From positions 172,112,001 through 172,176,000 of the forward strand of contig CM059425.1 of NCBI GenBank assembly GCA_030390025.1: 64,000 bases of DNA, given 5' to 3'. The DNA is from Squalus acanthias (taxonomy: Eukaryota). Within the stretch, counting starts at the first letter, position 1; every line of letters begins with the position of its first letter. The position numbers and the translations under genes were made by a program. The notes under the pieces were generated by a model. The model ran no database searches, had not been told where the DNA came from, and saw only the letters and a list, made by a program, of their open reading frames with translations. Positions 25,735 through 37,769 of this stretch are shown here, in pieces.

Positions 25735-28575
25735 TTTTTATTTGTTTCTGGGATGTGGGCGTCGCTGGCAAATCCAGCATTTATTGCCCATCCTTAATTG
25801 CCCTTGAGAAGGTGGTGGTGAGCCGCCTCCTTGAACCGCTGCAGTCCATGTGGTGAAGGTACTCCCACAGTGCTGTTAGAAAGAGAGTTCCAGGATTTTG
25901 ACCCAGCAATGATGAAGGAACGGCAATATATTTCTAAGACAGGATGGTGTGTGACTTGGAGGGGAACTTGCAGGTGATGGTGTTCCCATGCATCTGCTGC
26001 CCTTGTCTTTTGAGGTGGTAGTGGTTGCGGGTTTGGGAGGTGCTGTCAAAGAAGCCTTGGCGAGTTGCTGCAGTGCATCTTGTAGATGGCACACACTGTA
26101 GCCATGGTGCGCCAGTGGTGGAGGGAGTGAATGTTTAAGGTGGTGGATGGAGTGCCCATCAAGTGGGCTGCTTTGTCCTGGATGGTGTCGAGCTTCTTGA
26201 GTGTTGTTCGAGCTGTACTCATCCAGGCAAGTGGAGAGTATCCATCACATGCCTGACTTGTGCCTTGTAGATGATGGAAAGGCTTTGGGGAGTCAGGAGG
26301 TGCGACACTCGCCACAGAATACCCAGCTTCTGACCTGCTCTTGTAGCCGCAGTATTTATGTGGCTGGTCCAGTTAAGTTTCTGGTCAATGGTGACCCCCC
26401 AGGATGTCGATGGTGGGGGATTCGGTGATGGTAATGCTGTTGAATGTCAAGGGGCGCTGGTTCGACTCGCTCTTGTTGGAGATAGTCATTGCCTGGCACT
26501 TCTTTGGCGCAAATGTTATCTGTCACTTATCAGCCTAAGCCTAAATCATCTAGGTCTTGCTGCATGCGGGCATGCACTGCTTCATTATCTGGGGAGTTGC
26601 AAATGGAACTGAACACTGTGCAATCATCAGCGAACATCCCCACTTCTGACCTTATGATGGAGGGAAGGTCATTGATGAAGCAGCTGAAGATGGTTGGGCC
26701 TAGGACACTGCCCTGAGGAACTCCTGCAGTGACGTCCTGGGGCTGAAATGATTGACCTCCAATAACCACAACCATCTTCCTTTGTGTACGGTACGACTCC
26801 AACCAGTGGAGAATTTTCCCCCTGATTCCCATTAACTTCAATTTTACTCGGCCTCCTTGATGCCACACTCGGTCAAATGCTGCCTTGATGTCAAGTGCAA
26901 TCACTGTCACCTCACCTCTGGAATTCAGCTCTTTTGTCCATGTTTGGACCAAGGCTGTAATGAGGTCTGGAGCCAAGTGGTCCTGGCGGAACCCAAACTG
27001 AGCATTAGTGAGCAGGTTATTGGTCAGTAAGTGCCACTTGACAGCACTGTCAACGACCCCTTCCATCACTTTGCTGATTGAGAGTTGACTGATAGGGTGG
27101 TAATTAGCCGATTGGATTTGTCCTGCTTTTTGTGGATAGGACATACCTGGGCAGTTTTTCACATTGTCAGGTAGAGGCCAGTGTTGTAGCTGTCCTGGAA
27201 CAGCTTGGCTAGAGGCGCGGCTAGTTCTAGAGCGCACCTCTTCAGCACGACAGCCGGGATGTTGTCGGGGCCCATAGCCTTCGCTGTATCCAGTGCACTC
27301 AGCTGTTTCTTGCTATCACGTGGAGTGAATCAAATTAGCTGAAGACTGGCTTCTGTGATGGTGAGGAAGTCAGGAGGAGGCCGATATGGATCATCCACTC
27401 GGCACTTCTTGCTGAAGATGGTTGCAAACGCTTAAGCCTTATCATTTGCACTCGCGTGCTGGGCTCCACCATCATTGAGGATGGGGATATTCATGAAGCC
27501 TCCTCCTCTTCCCATTAGTTGTTTAATTGTCCACCACCATTCACGACTGGATGTAGCTGGACTGCAGAACTTTGACCTGATCCGTTGATTGTGGGATCGC
27601 TTAGCTCTTGTCTATAGCATGCTGATTTTACTGTTTAGCATGCATGTCATCCTGTGTTGCAGCTTCCCCAGGTTGGTAACTCATTTTTAGGTACGCCTGG
27701 TGCTGCTCCTGGCACGCTCTTCTGCACTCCTCATTTAAGCAGGTTTGGTGCCCAGCTTGATGATAGTGAGGGATATGCCGGGCCATTAGGTTACAGATTG
27801 TGGTGGAGTACAATACTGCTGCTGCTGATGGCTCACAGTGCTCGTGGATGACCAGTTTTGAGCTGCTAGATCTGTTCTGAATCTATCCCATTTAGCACAG
27901 TGACAGTGCCACACAACATGATTGAGGGTGCCTTCAGTGTGAAGGCGGATCTTTGTCTCCACAAGGACTGTGCAGTGGTCACTGCTACCAATGCTGTCTT
28001 GGACAGATGCATCGGCGACAGGTAGATTGGTGAGGGCGAGGTCAGGTCAGCTTTTCCCCTCGTGTTGGTTCTCTCACCACCTGCCGCAGGCCCAGTCTGG
28101 AAGCTATGTCCTTAAGGGCTCTGTCAGTAGTCCCCCATCCAGAGTACATTCTGTGCCCTTGCTACTCTCAGTGCTTCTTCCAAGTGGTGTTCAACATGGC
28201 AGGAGTACTGATTCCTCAGCTGAGGGAGAGCGGTAGGTGGTAATCAGCAGGAGGTTTCCTTGCCCATGCTTGACCTGAAGCACTGAGACTTCATGGGGTC
28301 TGGAGTGAATGTTGAGGACTCCCAGGGCCACTCCCTCCTGACTGTATACCACTGTGCCGCCACCTCTGGTGGGTCTGTCCTGCCGGTGGGACAGGACATA
28401 CCCAGGGATGGTGATAGAGGAGTCTGGAACATTGACTGAAAGGTATGATTCTGTGTGTATGACTGTCAGGCCTGTTGCTCAACTAGTCTGTGGGACAGCT
28501 CTCCCAATTTTGACACAAGTCCCAGATGTTTGTGAGGAGGACTTTGCAGGATCGACTGGGCTGGTTGTGCCGTTG
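25735..28575 (-). mobile_element. Long copy of a second LINE family (CR1/L2 group), APE + RT remnants
   Basis: NYHPISQLS, QFGFR, ALDIKAAFDRVWH, GVPQGSVLGP, FADD; 3' end atgctgg...gccagcgacgcccacatcc+poly(A) shared with ~12565, ~22610, ~51006 and ~56965. Confidence 0.9.
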
Positions 28576-28579
28576 TCGT

Positions 28580-29139
28580 GTGGGTTCTCAACCTTTTTGC
28601 TTCAGAGGTCCCCTCTTGTGTTCTAAAAAATCCAAGGACCCACTGTAATACAGCAGAATTATTTTTTTCTGTATAAAAATTAATTATACAATTAAACGTA
28701 TATTTATTTTTGTTTCACTAACTTAATGTGAAACTTGTTGACGGTGCTGAAGTTGAGACTGTATCTGAGGTTGGTGGAGTTCTGCTTAAGTTAGTAGACT
28801 GTCGCTGAGTTTGGTAAAGTGTCGCTGGAGCTGATAGTGTTGATGAGACTGATGGTGTTGACAGGCAGTAACAACTCTCAGTTTTCCTCGTGTCCGTAAC
28901 TAATAAGTGGAGCGCGCCCGCTGAGACTGGGCACCGTCTGCTTGACAACCCAGCAGAGCGTTGACCGTGAGTCTCTGGGGCCAAGCGGCAGTTTCTGGTT
29001 CCTCAGATCCTGTCGGGCCAGGGACTAAAGTGATACTTGCTTTGGATACTTGCTGGGGAGGTCAGTGGGCTGTTCAAAACATGTTCTGGAGGCCAGGAGT
29101 TTTCAACAGGGGTCAGCGGTACCCGGTTGAGGACCCCTG
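28580..29139. mobile_element. hAT (Charlie-like) MITE
   Basis: Termini gggttctcaacc ... ggttgaggacccctg; left end truncated where the LINE abuts; no TSD seen. Confidence 0.65.
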
Positions 29140-29886
29140 CTGGAGAGTACGCTGTGCAGTTTTAGACAGCACATTGAAGCCCTAGCGTGTACTGTATAAA
29201 TTCACCAGGAAGATAGGGATGAGAAACTATAGTTTTGAGGAGACTTGAGATATTGGGATAACTTCAACCATAGTAGAGACGGCTCACAGAGATTTAAGAG
29301 AAGTTTTCAAAATTATGACGATTTTATGAATCAGAAAGTATTTCCTCTGGTTGGAGAATCAGTAATAGAATGCTTTGCCACAGGGAGTAGTTGAGATAGT
29401 GATTGTTATGTCTTTTAAGAGAAATCTGGATAAACATTTGAAGCATGTGATTATACAGTGCTATGGGGATAGATCACGACAGTGGGATTAGATTGCTCTG
29501 GCAAAGATTAAGCATAGACACAATGAACTGAGTGCCTGCATTCTGTACTGTAAACTTATGTAGTTCTGTGGTCCTTGACCTTTATCTTTGCCTGCTGATG
29601 TACAATGGCAAAGCTCATGTAACTTTTAGTAAAAATAGACTCATTTATATTGCCGTCCCTTTACAATTCCATTCTGCTGGGGAAACAATTCTAAACTTTT
29701 CAAAATATATTGAGTTCCAATTCAAAACTATTAAGTTTTAGTTTGGCTCACTTAGTGGTACTCTTACCTAGAAGTTAGAAATTGATGACAAGGTAAGCTG
29801 ACACTTCCTTGTAGTACTGAGGGAGGACTGCATTTTTGGAGGTGTGGTCTTTCAGTTGAGGCATGAAACCAAGGTGCCACATCTTT

Positions 29887-30411
29887 ACGATAGCAAAATA
29901 CTGCGGATGCTGGAAAATTGAAACAACAACAGAAAATGCTGGAAAAACTCAGCAGGCCAGGCAACATCCGTGGAGAGAGAAACAGAGTTAACGTTTCGGG
30001 TCGAAACCCTTCGTCAGAACTGAGAAAAGAGCAGGAAATGAAACATAAAAATGCTGGTCGGAGGGGGGAGGATAACTATACATTTTATCCACCCTTTTGG
30101 TTCGTGCCTTTTTCCTTTTTTTCTCTCTCTCTCCCCCTACAGGCAGCTGTCTCTCATTCTGCCAGCATTTCACACTTCACCTTTTGTTTCTTAACCTGTC
30201 CCATTACCATCTCGTCTTGCCTTGAGCATCTCTTCATGTCTCTACTTACCATAGTTATTCCCCCCCTCCCCCCAGCCTCCCCCTTGCATTTTTATCTGTT
30301 TCATTTCCTGCTCTTTTCTCAGTTCTGACGAAGGGTTTCGACCTGAAATGTTAACTCTGTTTCTCTCTCCACAGATGTTGCCTGGCCTGAGTTTTTCCAG
30401 CGTTTTCTGTT
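29887..30411. mobile_element. Fold-back PLE-like non-autonomous element (family 2) inserted in a SINE
   Basis: 13-bp TSD gtgccacatcttt (29874-29886, 30412-30424); inverted arms ~29927-30050 / ~30288-30411. Confidence 0.88.
29986..30021 (-). ncRNA. Minimal hammerhead ribozyme motif (second copy on + at 30321-30356)
   Basis: Reverse complement: agtt CTGACGA a GGGT ttcg ACCC GAAA CG TT aact; stem II is capped by a UUCG tetraloop. Confidence 0.82.
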
Positions 30412-30709
30412 GTGCCACATCTTTGTTCAGGTGGATGAGGCACTATTTGAAGAAGAGCACTGAGTTCTCCTGGTATTTTAGCCAATAGCCGTGCCTCAAC
30501 AAGTACTATAAAAGCAGATGAATTAGTCATTTATCTCATTTACTGTTTGTGGGAATTTGTGTGAAAATTGGTTGCTGTATTTGCATATGTAACAACACTT
30601 TGAAAGTCATTTCTTGGCTTTGAGGCAGTGAGAGGATGTGGAAGATGCTATATGAATGGAAACTCTTGCTTTTTTGTCCTTTCTTAGTGCAGCTTCAGCA
30701 CCAGGTAAG

Positions 30710-32040
30710 TTTGCTCTTGGAGTGGTCTATAAAGCATTCTCCATTATTCTGTGCTAGTTGGCCACATTGAGAAGGGAGTGGGATCTTGAGAAGTGGGTTG
30801 GGTTGTATAGTTATTTTGAGATGCATTCATAAAGCTGTGCAATACCAGTGTCTGCCTTGAATCAATTTTCGAACAGTAATTGGCACTAATTATATCAGAG
30901 GACCTGACCTCAATAGAGTCCACATGTTGACACAATCTTGCAAACTATCAATCAAATTTAAATTCCTCTTTGACATCTCTATCATCATTCCTCGTGTCAG
31001 TGAACTCAAGTTGTGCTTTGGTTGTCAACCTGCTCTCTCATTGCTTGATTTATCCCATGTTTTTGGGAATCTTAATCAAATCATTGGGACACTTTGCTTA
31101 CGAGGGAGGAGGAGATGAAGAGGAGGCATTTCCTTCATTGGAATATCTAGTAATGTTTCCTTTACAATGACTGATGCCACCTTCCCAGTGCCCAGCTATC
31201 TTCCTAGCATTTGAACAAGGTTACATTTTCAACAATCTGTCTAATTCTGTTAGCCAAACAAGAAGCCCAATTTGCTGACTACCTTGGATTGAATCTGCTT
31301 TTCAGGAATCTGATCCAGGTGTGTGAACAGAGTTTTCATTGCAAGTACTTTCAGATCCTGTTTGTTCTCATGTTCAGCTATGTTCACAAGATCTGGGCAC
31401 AGGAGAGTATAATCATGGCAGAGATTAACTGGATTCTTGAATCTTCCAAGTTCACAATGTTGACCGGTCTCTCTGCCTTCTTCACTTAAAGGGTTGGATA
31501 TGATTAATTGACCCACAAGGTTCCTTTTTTGATGGTTTGACCAGCCTGGGCTATTTTATTTACTGTAAACTTAATCTAGCCTACCTCTGGCAAGTGTGAT
31601 ACTGATTTTTGAAAACGTGCAGAGATATAGAGTACAGCTTCTTTTGGAATATATGGAGACCCAGGCAAAAGATGGCTGCATGTCTCAAATATCTCAGATC
31701 ACAGGTTATTAATAGCTTGAAATATCTGACACTTCTTGTAGACTAACTTATTATGTTCCATGCTGTCCAAATTGAATAGTGATACCTCAGGCAACAGCTT
31801 GTCGCAATGTCAGAAATCTTTGATAATGGCAGGGCTGTTTATCCTTTCAGTTGATCTCTCTGATAACAGGAACTGAATGTCTCGTATCCAGCCTGTATTG
31901 ATTTGCAACATTTTTGTTTCAGGGATCACCACACCAATACATATAAATTTATTCTTAATCTGTCATAATGCAATATGTATTTCCTATGCGATGCCTTCAA
32001 GGCAAGTTAATCCCATTAGTGATGATTCTAGTTGTAAGAC
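30710..32040 (-). mobile_element. Possible ancient RTE-like LINE remnant
   Basis: Minus strand near 30720-30790 resembles a degraded (L)SPLLFN...IMENAL RT segment; otherwise heavily decayed. Confidence 0.3.
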
Positions 32041-32733
32041 TATACAAATTTTTAAACATTGAATATGGGCAAAATTCCCTTCAAAAGTTGACGGCTCCAA
32101 AAAAGTTCTGAATGTAGGTCTTGTGACACACTAAAACAGGAATTGGACTGTGTGCAGTGGAACTTGGATTTATCATGAACATATTATCGTAAACGTAAAA
32201 TAAAAGCAATGAGATCATGCTAGAACTTTATAAATCACTGGTTAGGCCTCCGTTGGAGAATTGTAGACCATTCTAGGCACCACACTTTTTAGGAAAGATG
32301 TCAAGGCCTTAGAAAAGGTAGAGAGGAGGTTTACCAGAATGTTACCAGAGATGATGGACTTCAGTTATGAGGAGGGGTTAGAAAAGTTAGGACTGTTCTT
32401 ACGAACAATGGCGGACAAGTAAAGACCATCTAGTCCATCGGGCCTGTCCCCCACAATTGCGATATCTTGTGTATCACAACAAATGCACTCCACCCACCCG
32501 AAACCACGTGATGATCTGGGAGAGGCAAAAAAAAATTAAAAACTCAGGCCAATTTGGCAGGAAAAAAAATCGCCTTAGAACAGAGAAGACTAAGTGGTAA
32601 CCTAATAGAGGTTTTCAAGATAATGAGAGGTTTTGATAGAGTACATGATGCGGAGATGCCGGTGTTGGACTGGGGTGGACAAAATTGAGAAGTTGCACAA
32701 CACCAGGTTATAGTCGAACAGTTTTATTTGAAA

Positions 32734-32775
32734 TCACAAGCTTTCGGAGCTATCGATCGCCCCTTCCTCAGGTGA
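32734..32775 (-). ncRNA. Minimal hammerhead ribozyme motif in inverted pLTR
   Basis: Reverse complement: tcac CTGAGGA a GGGGC gatcgata GCTCC GAAA GC TT gtga. Stem I tcac/gtga, stem II, palindromic AAGCTT in place of stem III. Confidence 0.8.
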
Positions 32776-32914
32776 AGTAAAGAGATACAGAATCGCCAAA
32801 GCAATCGATAGCTCCGAAAGCTTGTGATTTCAAATAAAACTGTTGGACTATAACCTGGTGTTGTGCGACTTCTCCGTTTTGTCCACCCCAGTCCAACACC
32901 AGCATCTCCGCATC

Positions 32915-35590
32915 ATGACCACTATCGACACCACAAACTGCAGGCTCAAAGTGGAGAGAATCGCAAGAAGATCGCGCATATCGACACCGACATCAAGTAT
33001 CTACAGAGATGCAAGAAAGCAGACAAGATCCCGAAAGGACTACAGATCACGAACCCACTCAAGTCGACATACAACACAGACTACGCTGAGAGACTCTGCC
33101 GTCGTACCTCTCGCACACTCCTCAACCATCTCGTACACCAGCTCTACAGCAAACGCCACAACCTCGAAACCAAGATAGAGTCCATGCTCTCAGCCTGTGC
33201 TCAGGACACAGCAGACCAGCTACGAGACACCGCCAAACAGACGAGGCAACGGAACTACGCTGCCTACATGCGCATCAAGAACAGGAAGCTTGAGAAACTC
33301 GGCGTAACCACCAGCAGCAACCAAGCCTCCCCCGGTACCACGGCTGCAACCACAGGGAAGTCCATCGTCAACTTGTCCGACCATACCCTCCAACCAGACG
33401 AAATCGAAGTTCTCGCCCTAGGGCTCAAGTTCTGCCCCACCACCAAAATGGACCCCATCGGTCTCGCGGCAGACACAGAGGAATTCATCAGGAGAATGAG
33501 GCTCCGGGAATACTTCCACAAATCCCAAGATGTCAGCAACAAACCCAATGAGACAATCAATGATCCAGAACAGCAGACAGAGGGACTCGCAGTGCAGCAA
33601 CCGAAGAAAAAAGAGTCAAACTGGACCCCTCCGGAGGGTCGCTGCCCCAAGCTTGACATGTATGCTCAAGCTGTCAGGAGATGCATCAACGCCAGATTCA
33701 TCAGCCGCACTCAAGACAGTCCAGAATGTCACCCGAGCACAACGCAACGCCATCCACGCTCTCAAGACCAACCGCAACATCGTCATCAAACCAGCGGACA
33801 AAGGAGGAGCCATCGTCATACAGAACAGAACGGACTCTTGTAAAGAAGCATACCGACAACTGGACAACCAGGAACACTACAGACAGCTACCCGCAGATCC
33901 GACCAAAGAACACACCCGCCAACTCAATAGACTGATCAAGACCTTCGATCCAGACCTTCAAAACATCCTACGCGCTCTCATCCCACATACTCCCCGCGTG
34001 GGAGACTTCTACTGCCTCCCAAAGATACACAAAGCCAACATACCCGGACGTCCTATCGTATCAGGTAACGGAACCCTGTGTGAGAACCTCTCTGGATACG
34101 TCGAGGGCATTCTGAAACCCATCGTACAGGGAACCCCCAGCTTCTGTCGCGACACTACAGACTTCTTACAGAAACTCAGCACCCACGGACCAGTTGAACC
34201 AGGAACACTCCTCGCCACGATGGACGTATCGGCACTCTACACCAGTATCCCCCACGATGACGGCATCGCTGCGACAGCCTCAGTACTCCACACCAACAAC
34301 AGCCAATCTCCAGACGCCATCCTACAACTCATCCGCGCCATCCTTGACCACAATGTCTTCACCTTCGACGACCATTTTTTTACCCAAACACACGGAACAG
34401 CCATGGGGACCAAATTCGCACCCCAATACACCAACATCTTCATGCACAAGTTCGAGCAAGACTTCTTCGCTGCACAGGACCTCCAGCCAACGCTGTACAC
34501 CAGATACATCGACGACATTTTCTTCCTTTGGACCCATGGCGAAGGATCACTGAAAAGACTACACGATAACATCAACAAGTTCCATCCTACCATCAAACTC
34601 ACCATGGACTACTCCTCAGAATCGGTTTCATTCCTGGACACACGAATTTCCATCAAAGACGGACACCTCAGCACTTCACTCTACCGCAAGCCCACGGACA
34701 ACCTCACGATGCTCCACTTCTCCAGCTTCCACCCTAACCATGTTAAAGAAGCCATCCCCTATGGACAAGCCCTGCGAATACACAGGATCTGCTCAGACGA
34801 GGAGGAACGCGATGGACACCTACGGACGCTGAAAAACGCCCTCATAAGAACGGGATATGACGCTCGACTCATCGATCGACAGTTCCGACGGGCCACAGCG
34901 AAAAATCGCATAGACCTCCTCAGAAGGCAAACACGGGACACAACCAACAGGGTACCCTACGTCGTCCAGTACTTCCCCGGAGCGGAGAAACTACGCCATG
35001 TTCTTCGCAGCCTCCAACATGTCATCGATGACGACGAACACCTCGCTAAGGCCATCCCCACGCCTCCACTACTTGCCTTCAAACAGCCGCCTAACCTCAG
35101 AAGTACCATCGTTCGCAGCAAATTACCCAGCTTTCAGGATAACAGCGACCACGACACCACACAACCCTGCCACGGCAACCTCTGCAAGACATGCCAGATC
35201 ATCAACACAGATACCATCATCACACGTGAGGACACTACCCACCAGGTACATGGTACATACTCATGTGACTCGGCCAACGTTGTCTACCTCATACGTTGCA
35301 GGAAAGAATGCACCGCGGCATGGTACATCAGCGAGACCATGCAGACACTGAGACAACGTATGAACGGACACCGCGCAACAATCGCCAGGCAGGAGTGTTC
35401 CCTCCCAGTCGGGGAACACTTCAGCAGTCAAGGACATTCAGCCTCGGATCTGCGGGTAAGCGTTCTCCAAGGCGGCCTTAGAGACACACGACAACGCAAA
35501 ATCATCGAGCAGAAACTGATAACCAAGTTCCGCACTCATGAGGACGGTCTCAACCGGGATCTTGGGTTTATGTCACGATACATGACGTGA
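32915..35590 (+). pseudogene. PLE reverse transcriptase + GIY-YIG endonuclease ORF with two frameshifts (~32963, ~33710)
   Basis: Motifs KPADKGG, LPKIHK, GRPIVS, DVSALYTSI, GTAMG, RYIDD, FLD; Cys-rich linker PCHGNLCKTC; GIY-YIG NVVYLIRC...WYISET...RQRMNGHR...EHF...GLN. The reading frame is split over ORF-track entries 32843, 32863 and 33530. Confidence 0.93.
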
Positions 35591-35832
35591 TCCGGACTCG
35601 AGTCATCGTTGGCTTGTTCACAGATGTGATTCCCAGTAAAAAAGTAAACATTTTAAAGTTTATCGTTTTACATACAGACTGCAGCTTTTGACACGTTAGA
35701 CCCCCTGTGACTCCACCTCATTGTCTCAGTTGTATCTTGCTATGTCTTTGATGTGACCTGATTGTTTATCTGCCGAGGTGTGACAAAAGGCAGTCAGGGT
35801 GATTTAAATGTAGTCGTCTGCTTTTGTAAGTA

Positions 35833-35874
35833 ACACATGAGGAAGGGGCGATCAATAGCTCCGAAAGCTTATGA
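35833..35874 (+). ncRNA. Degenerate minimal hammerhead in 3' pLTR (core C mutated to A)
   Basis: acac aTGAGGA a GGGGC gatcaata GCTCC GAAA GC TT atga. Confidence 0.6.
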
Positions 35875-37769
35875 TTTCAAATAAAACTGTTGGACTATAA
35901 CCTGGTGTTGTGCGACTTCTCAATTTTGATAGAGTAGATCAAGAATACCTATTCCCTTTAGCAAGTGGGTCAATAACTAGAGGTCATAGATTTAAAATCA
36001 TTGGCAAAAGATCTCGGGGGAGAGATAAGGAGAAACTCTCTCTTCTCTCCTCCCCCCCAGAGTTGTTGGGATCTGGAACACTCTACCTGAAAAGTTGTTG
36101 GAAGTTGATTCCAGAAATAATTTTAAAAGGCAGTGGGACAGGTATTTGAGGATGAGGAACTTACAGGGTTACGGACAAAAGTGGGTATGTCGGTTGAAGC
36201 ACGACTGGATTTTCAAAGAGCCAGCACAGGCATGACGGGCCGAATGGCCTCCTTCTGTGCTGTAAGTTTCTATGATTCTAAGCTGCAGGTGTGTTGGGAC
36301 TGTCCGTGTAAACCTTGATGGTGTTTTCTGGTTCTGTGTTACTAATGAATATCAAATTACTTTCATTATGGGAAGGATCCTAAAGAACACAACTGTTGAC
36401 ACTTTGGTATATTTCTTTCTGGGATTTTGGCGCTTACTGTAAAATAATTTTCACCTGAAAGTGTTCCAAATGTTTTAAATATGATAATTGTGCGAACTTC
36501 ATTACAACTTTACAGTGGGAATCTAACCCCAGATCTAACTTTCATTTGTAAACTGAAACCTTTTGCATCGCACCGACAATCCCCAACTGACTGCAGTCTA
36601 TATTTGTAAGACAAAACTGGATCATTTTTGCATCTGTTCCTGTCCTGAACTCTGTCAGCTGAGAGACAGCCAGCGATTTCACAGATTGAGAGTATGCTGA
36701 TTTAATAATTAAAACTTTTTTTGAACAACCTTCAGAAATAGTGTCACGTTCATGTCGTCAAAAATAAAAGTTTCAACTTGAGTTCTGATAAAGGTTTATA
36801 CTGAAGTATTGATTTATCTCTTTTTTTCCTTTTTAGGCATAAATTCACTGTGCATTTAAAACACTTTATTTTGAAAGTTACAATACATGAGCTGAAAAAT
36901 GACTTGACAATAATAACAGATGAACATTTAATGTGTTTATATGCGCTCCTCTGTCCACTATTCGAATAATGAGATTAACCCACTTAATATAAACTGATTA
37001 ATGTCTCAGTTAAAACAGCAAATGGAATAATTATGTATTCGCATTCAAGAACATCCTTATCTCAAAAAAGTGTCTAACTCGTCTCGCAGAACATAATTCT
37101 TTATATGCAAGAGAACAGCTTGGCATGCTCCAGAACTTTGCTTTCAGGACAATGGAGTTTTAAAAGTTAGGTTCTAACAGTTCATTTGTTATATATAATT
37201 ATTTGGGGGGAAAAATAATGAATAAGTACTCCTGCAACTGACCCTCCAAAGCCATCAGCTCATCTCCTATCTCAGGGTTTTTGTGCAATCAGGCTCTAGT
37301 CCTACTCTCTAACTGATCTGGTTGGTTCACTGCCAACCTTGGTACACATGAAAAAAATGTGTTTTTGTGTTAAATTTTAACGAGCTGTCACACTGGTTAA
37401 AATATGGCCCATCAGTCCAACACTAATGCATGCATTTTTTCTTGTATGTAGAGTTGAACTACTTTGGTATGGTAGGTAAGCTTGCCATTTTCATTTGTAG
37501 TCACTCTAATATTGGTCAACTTGCTTCTACAATTAAGTGATAAGTCATTTTCAAAACTGAGACGTTAAATTCGAGCAAGCTTCGCCAAAGATATGTAGTT
37601 TGAATCCATGTTGTTCTAGTGTAAATACAAACTTTGTCTTGGTGCATTTTCTACAGAAGAAGAATAATATCTTTTACTGTTTCACTTATTTTTCAGAACA
37701 AGGGACATGCTTTAATCAGTTGGTGCTGAAGTCGCTTTTAGCACTGGATATTGTAGTGCCTTATTCAAC

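Larger units (their letters stand above)
29745..30670 (+). mobile_element. Decayed tRNA-derived SINE split by a family-2 PLE element
   Basis: tggctca...ggtactcttacct head, gtactgagggag...ggaggtg body, gctatatgaatg tail. Confidence 0.7.
32644..35923 (+). mobile_element. Near full-length Penelope-like retroelement (Neptune-type) with inverted 5' pseudo-LTR, inserted in a CR1
   Basis: 13-bp TSD ttttgatagagta (32631-32643, 35924-35936). Order: inverted pLTR 32644-~32780, partial sense pLTR ~32802-32917, RT-EN ORF, 3' pLTR ~35830-35923. The CR1 sequence resumes on both sides. Confidence 0.95.
32200..36280 (+). mobile_element. CR1 3' part hosting the PLE (32200-32643 + 35924-36280), also with a short minus-strand CR1-type 3'UTR insert (~32400-32570)
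   Basis: Continuous ...LIEVFKIMRGFDRV|DQEYLFPL...TRGHRFK across the PLE; tail tttctatgattcta. Confidence 0.88.

Noticed and set aside
9332-33178. Repeated short ORFs starting MDYNLVLCD (9332-, 21898-, 32843+) as a small-protein family
   Set aside because: They are incidental translations of the same pLTR sequence from TTG starts, running into unrelated flanks.
33530-35590. 686-aa ORF as a host gene, telomerase, or bacterial retron/group II intron RT
   Set aside because: The RT + GIY-YIG layout, pseudo-LTRs and TSD identify a Penelope-like element, and the context is a vertebrate intron.
32915-35590. Selenocysteine (UGA) recoding as in Naiad PLEs, or programmed frameshifting
   Set aside because: No in-frame TGA at conserved Cys positions and no slippery heptamer at the breaks; simple indels explain them.
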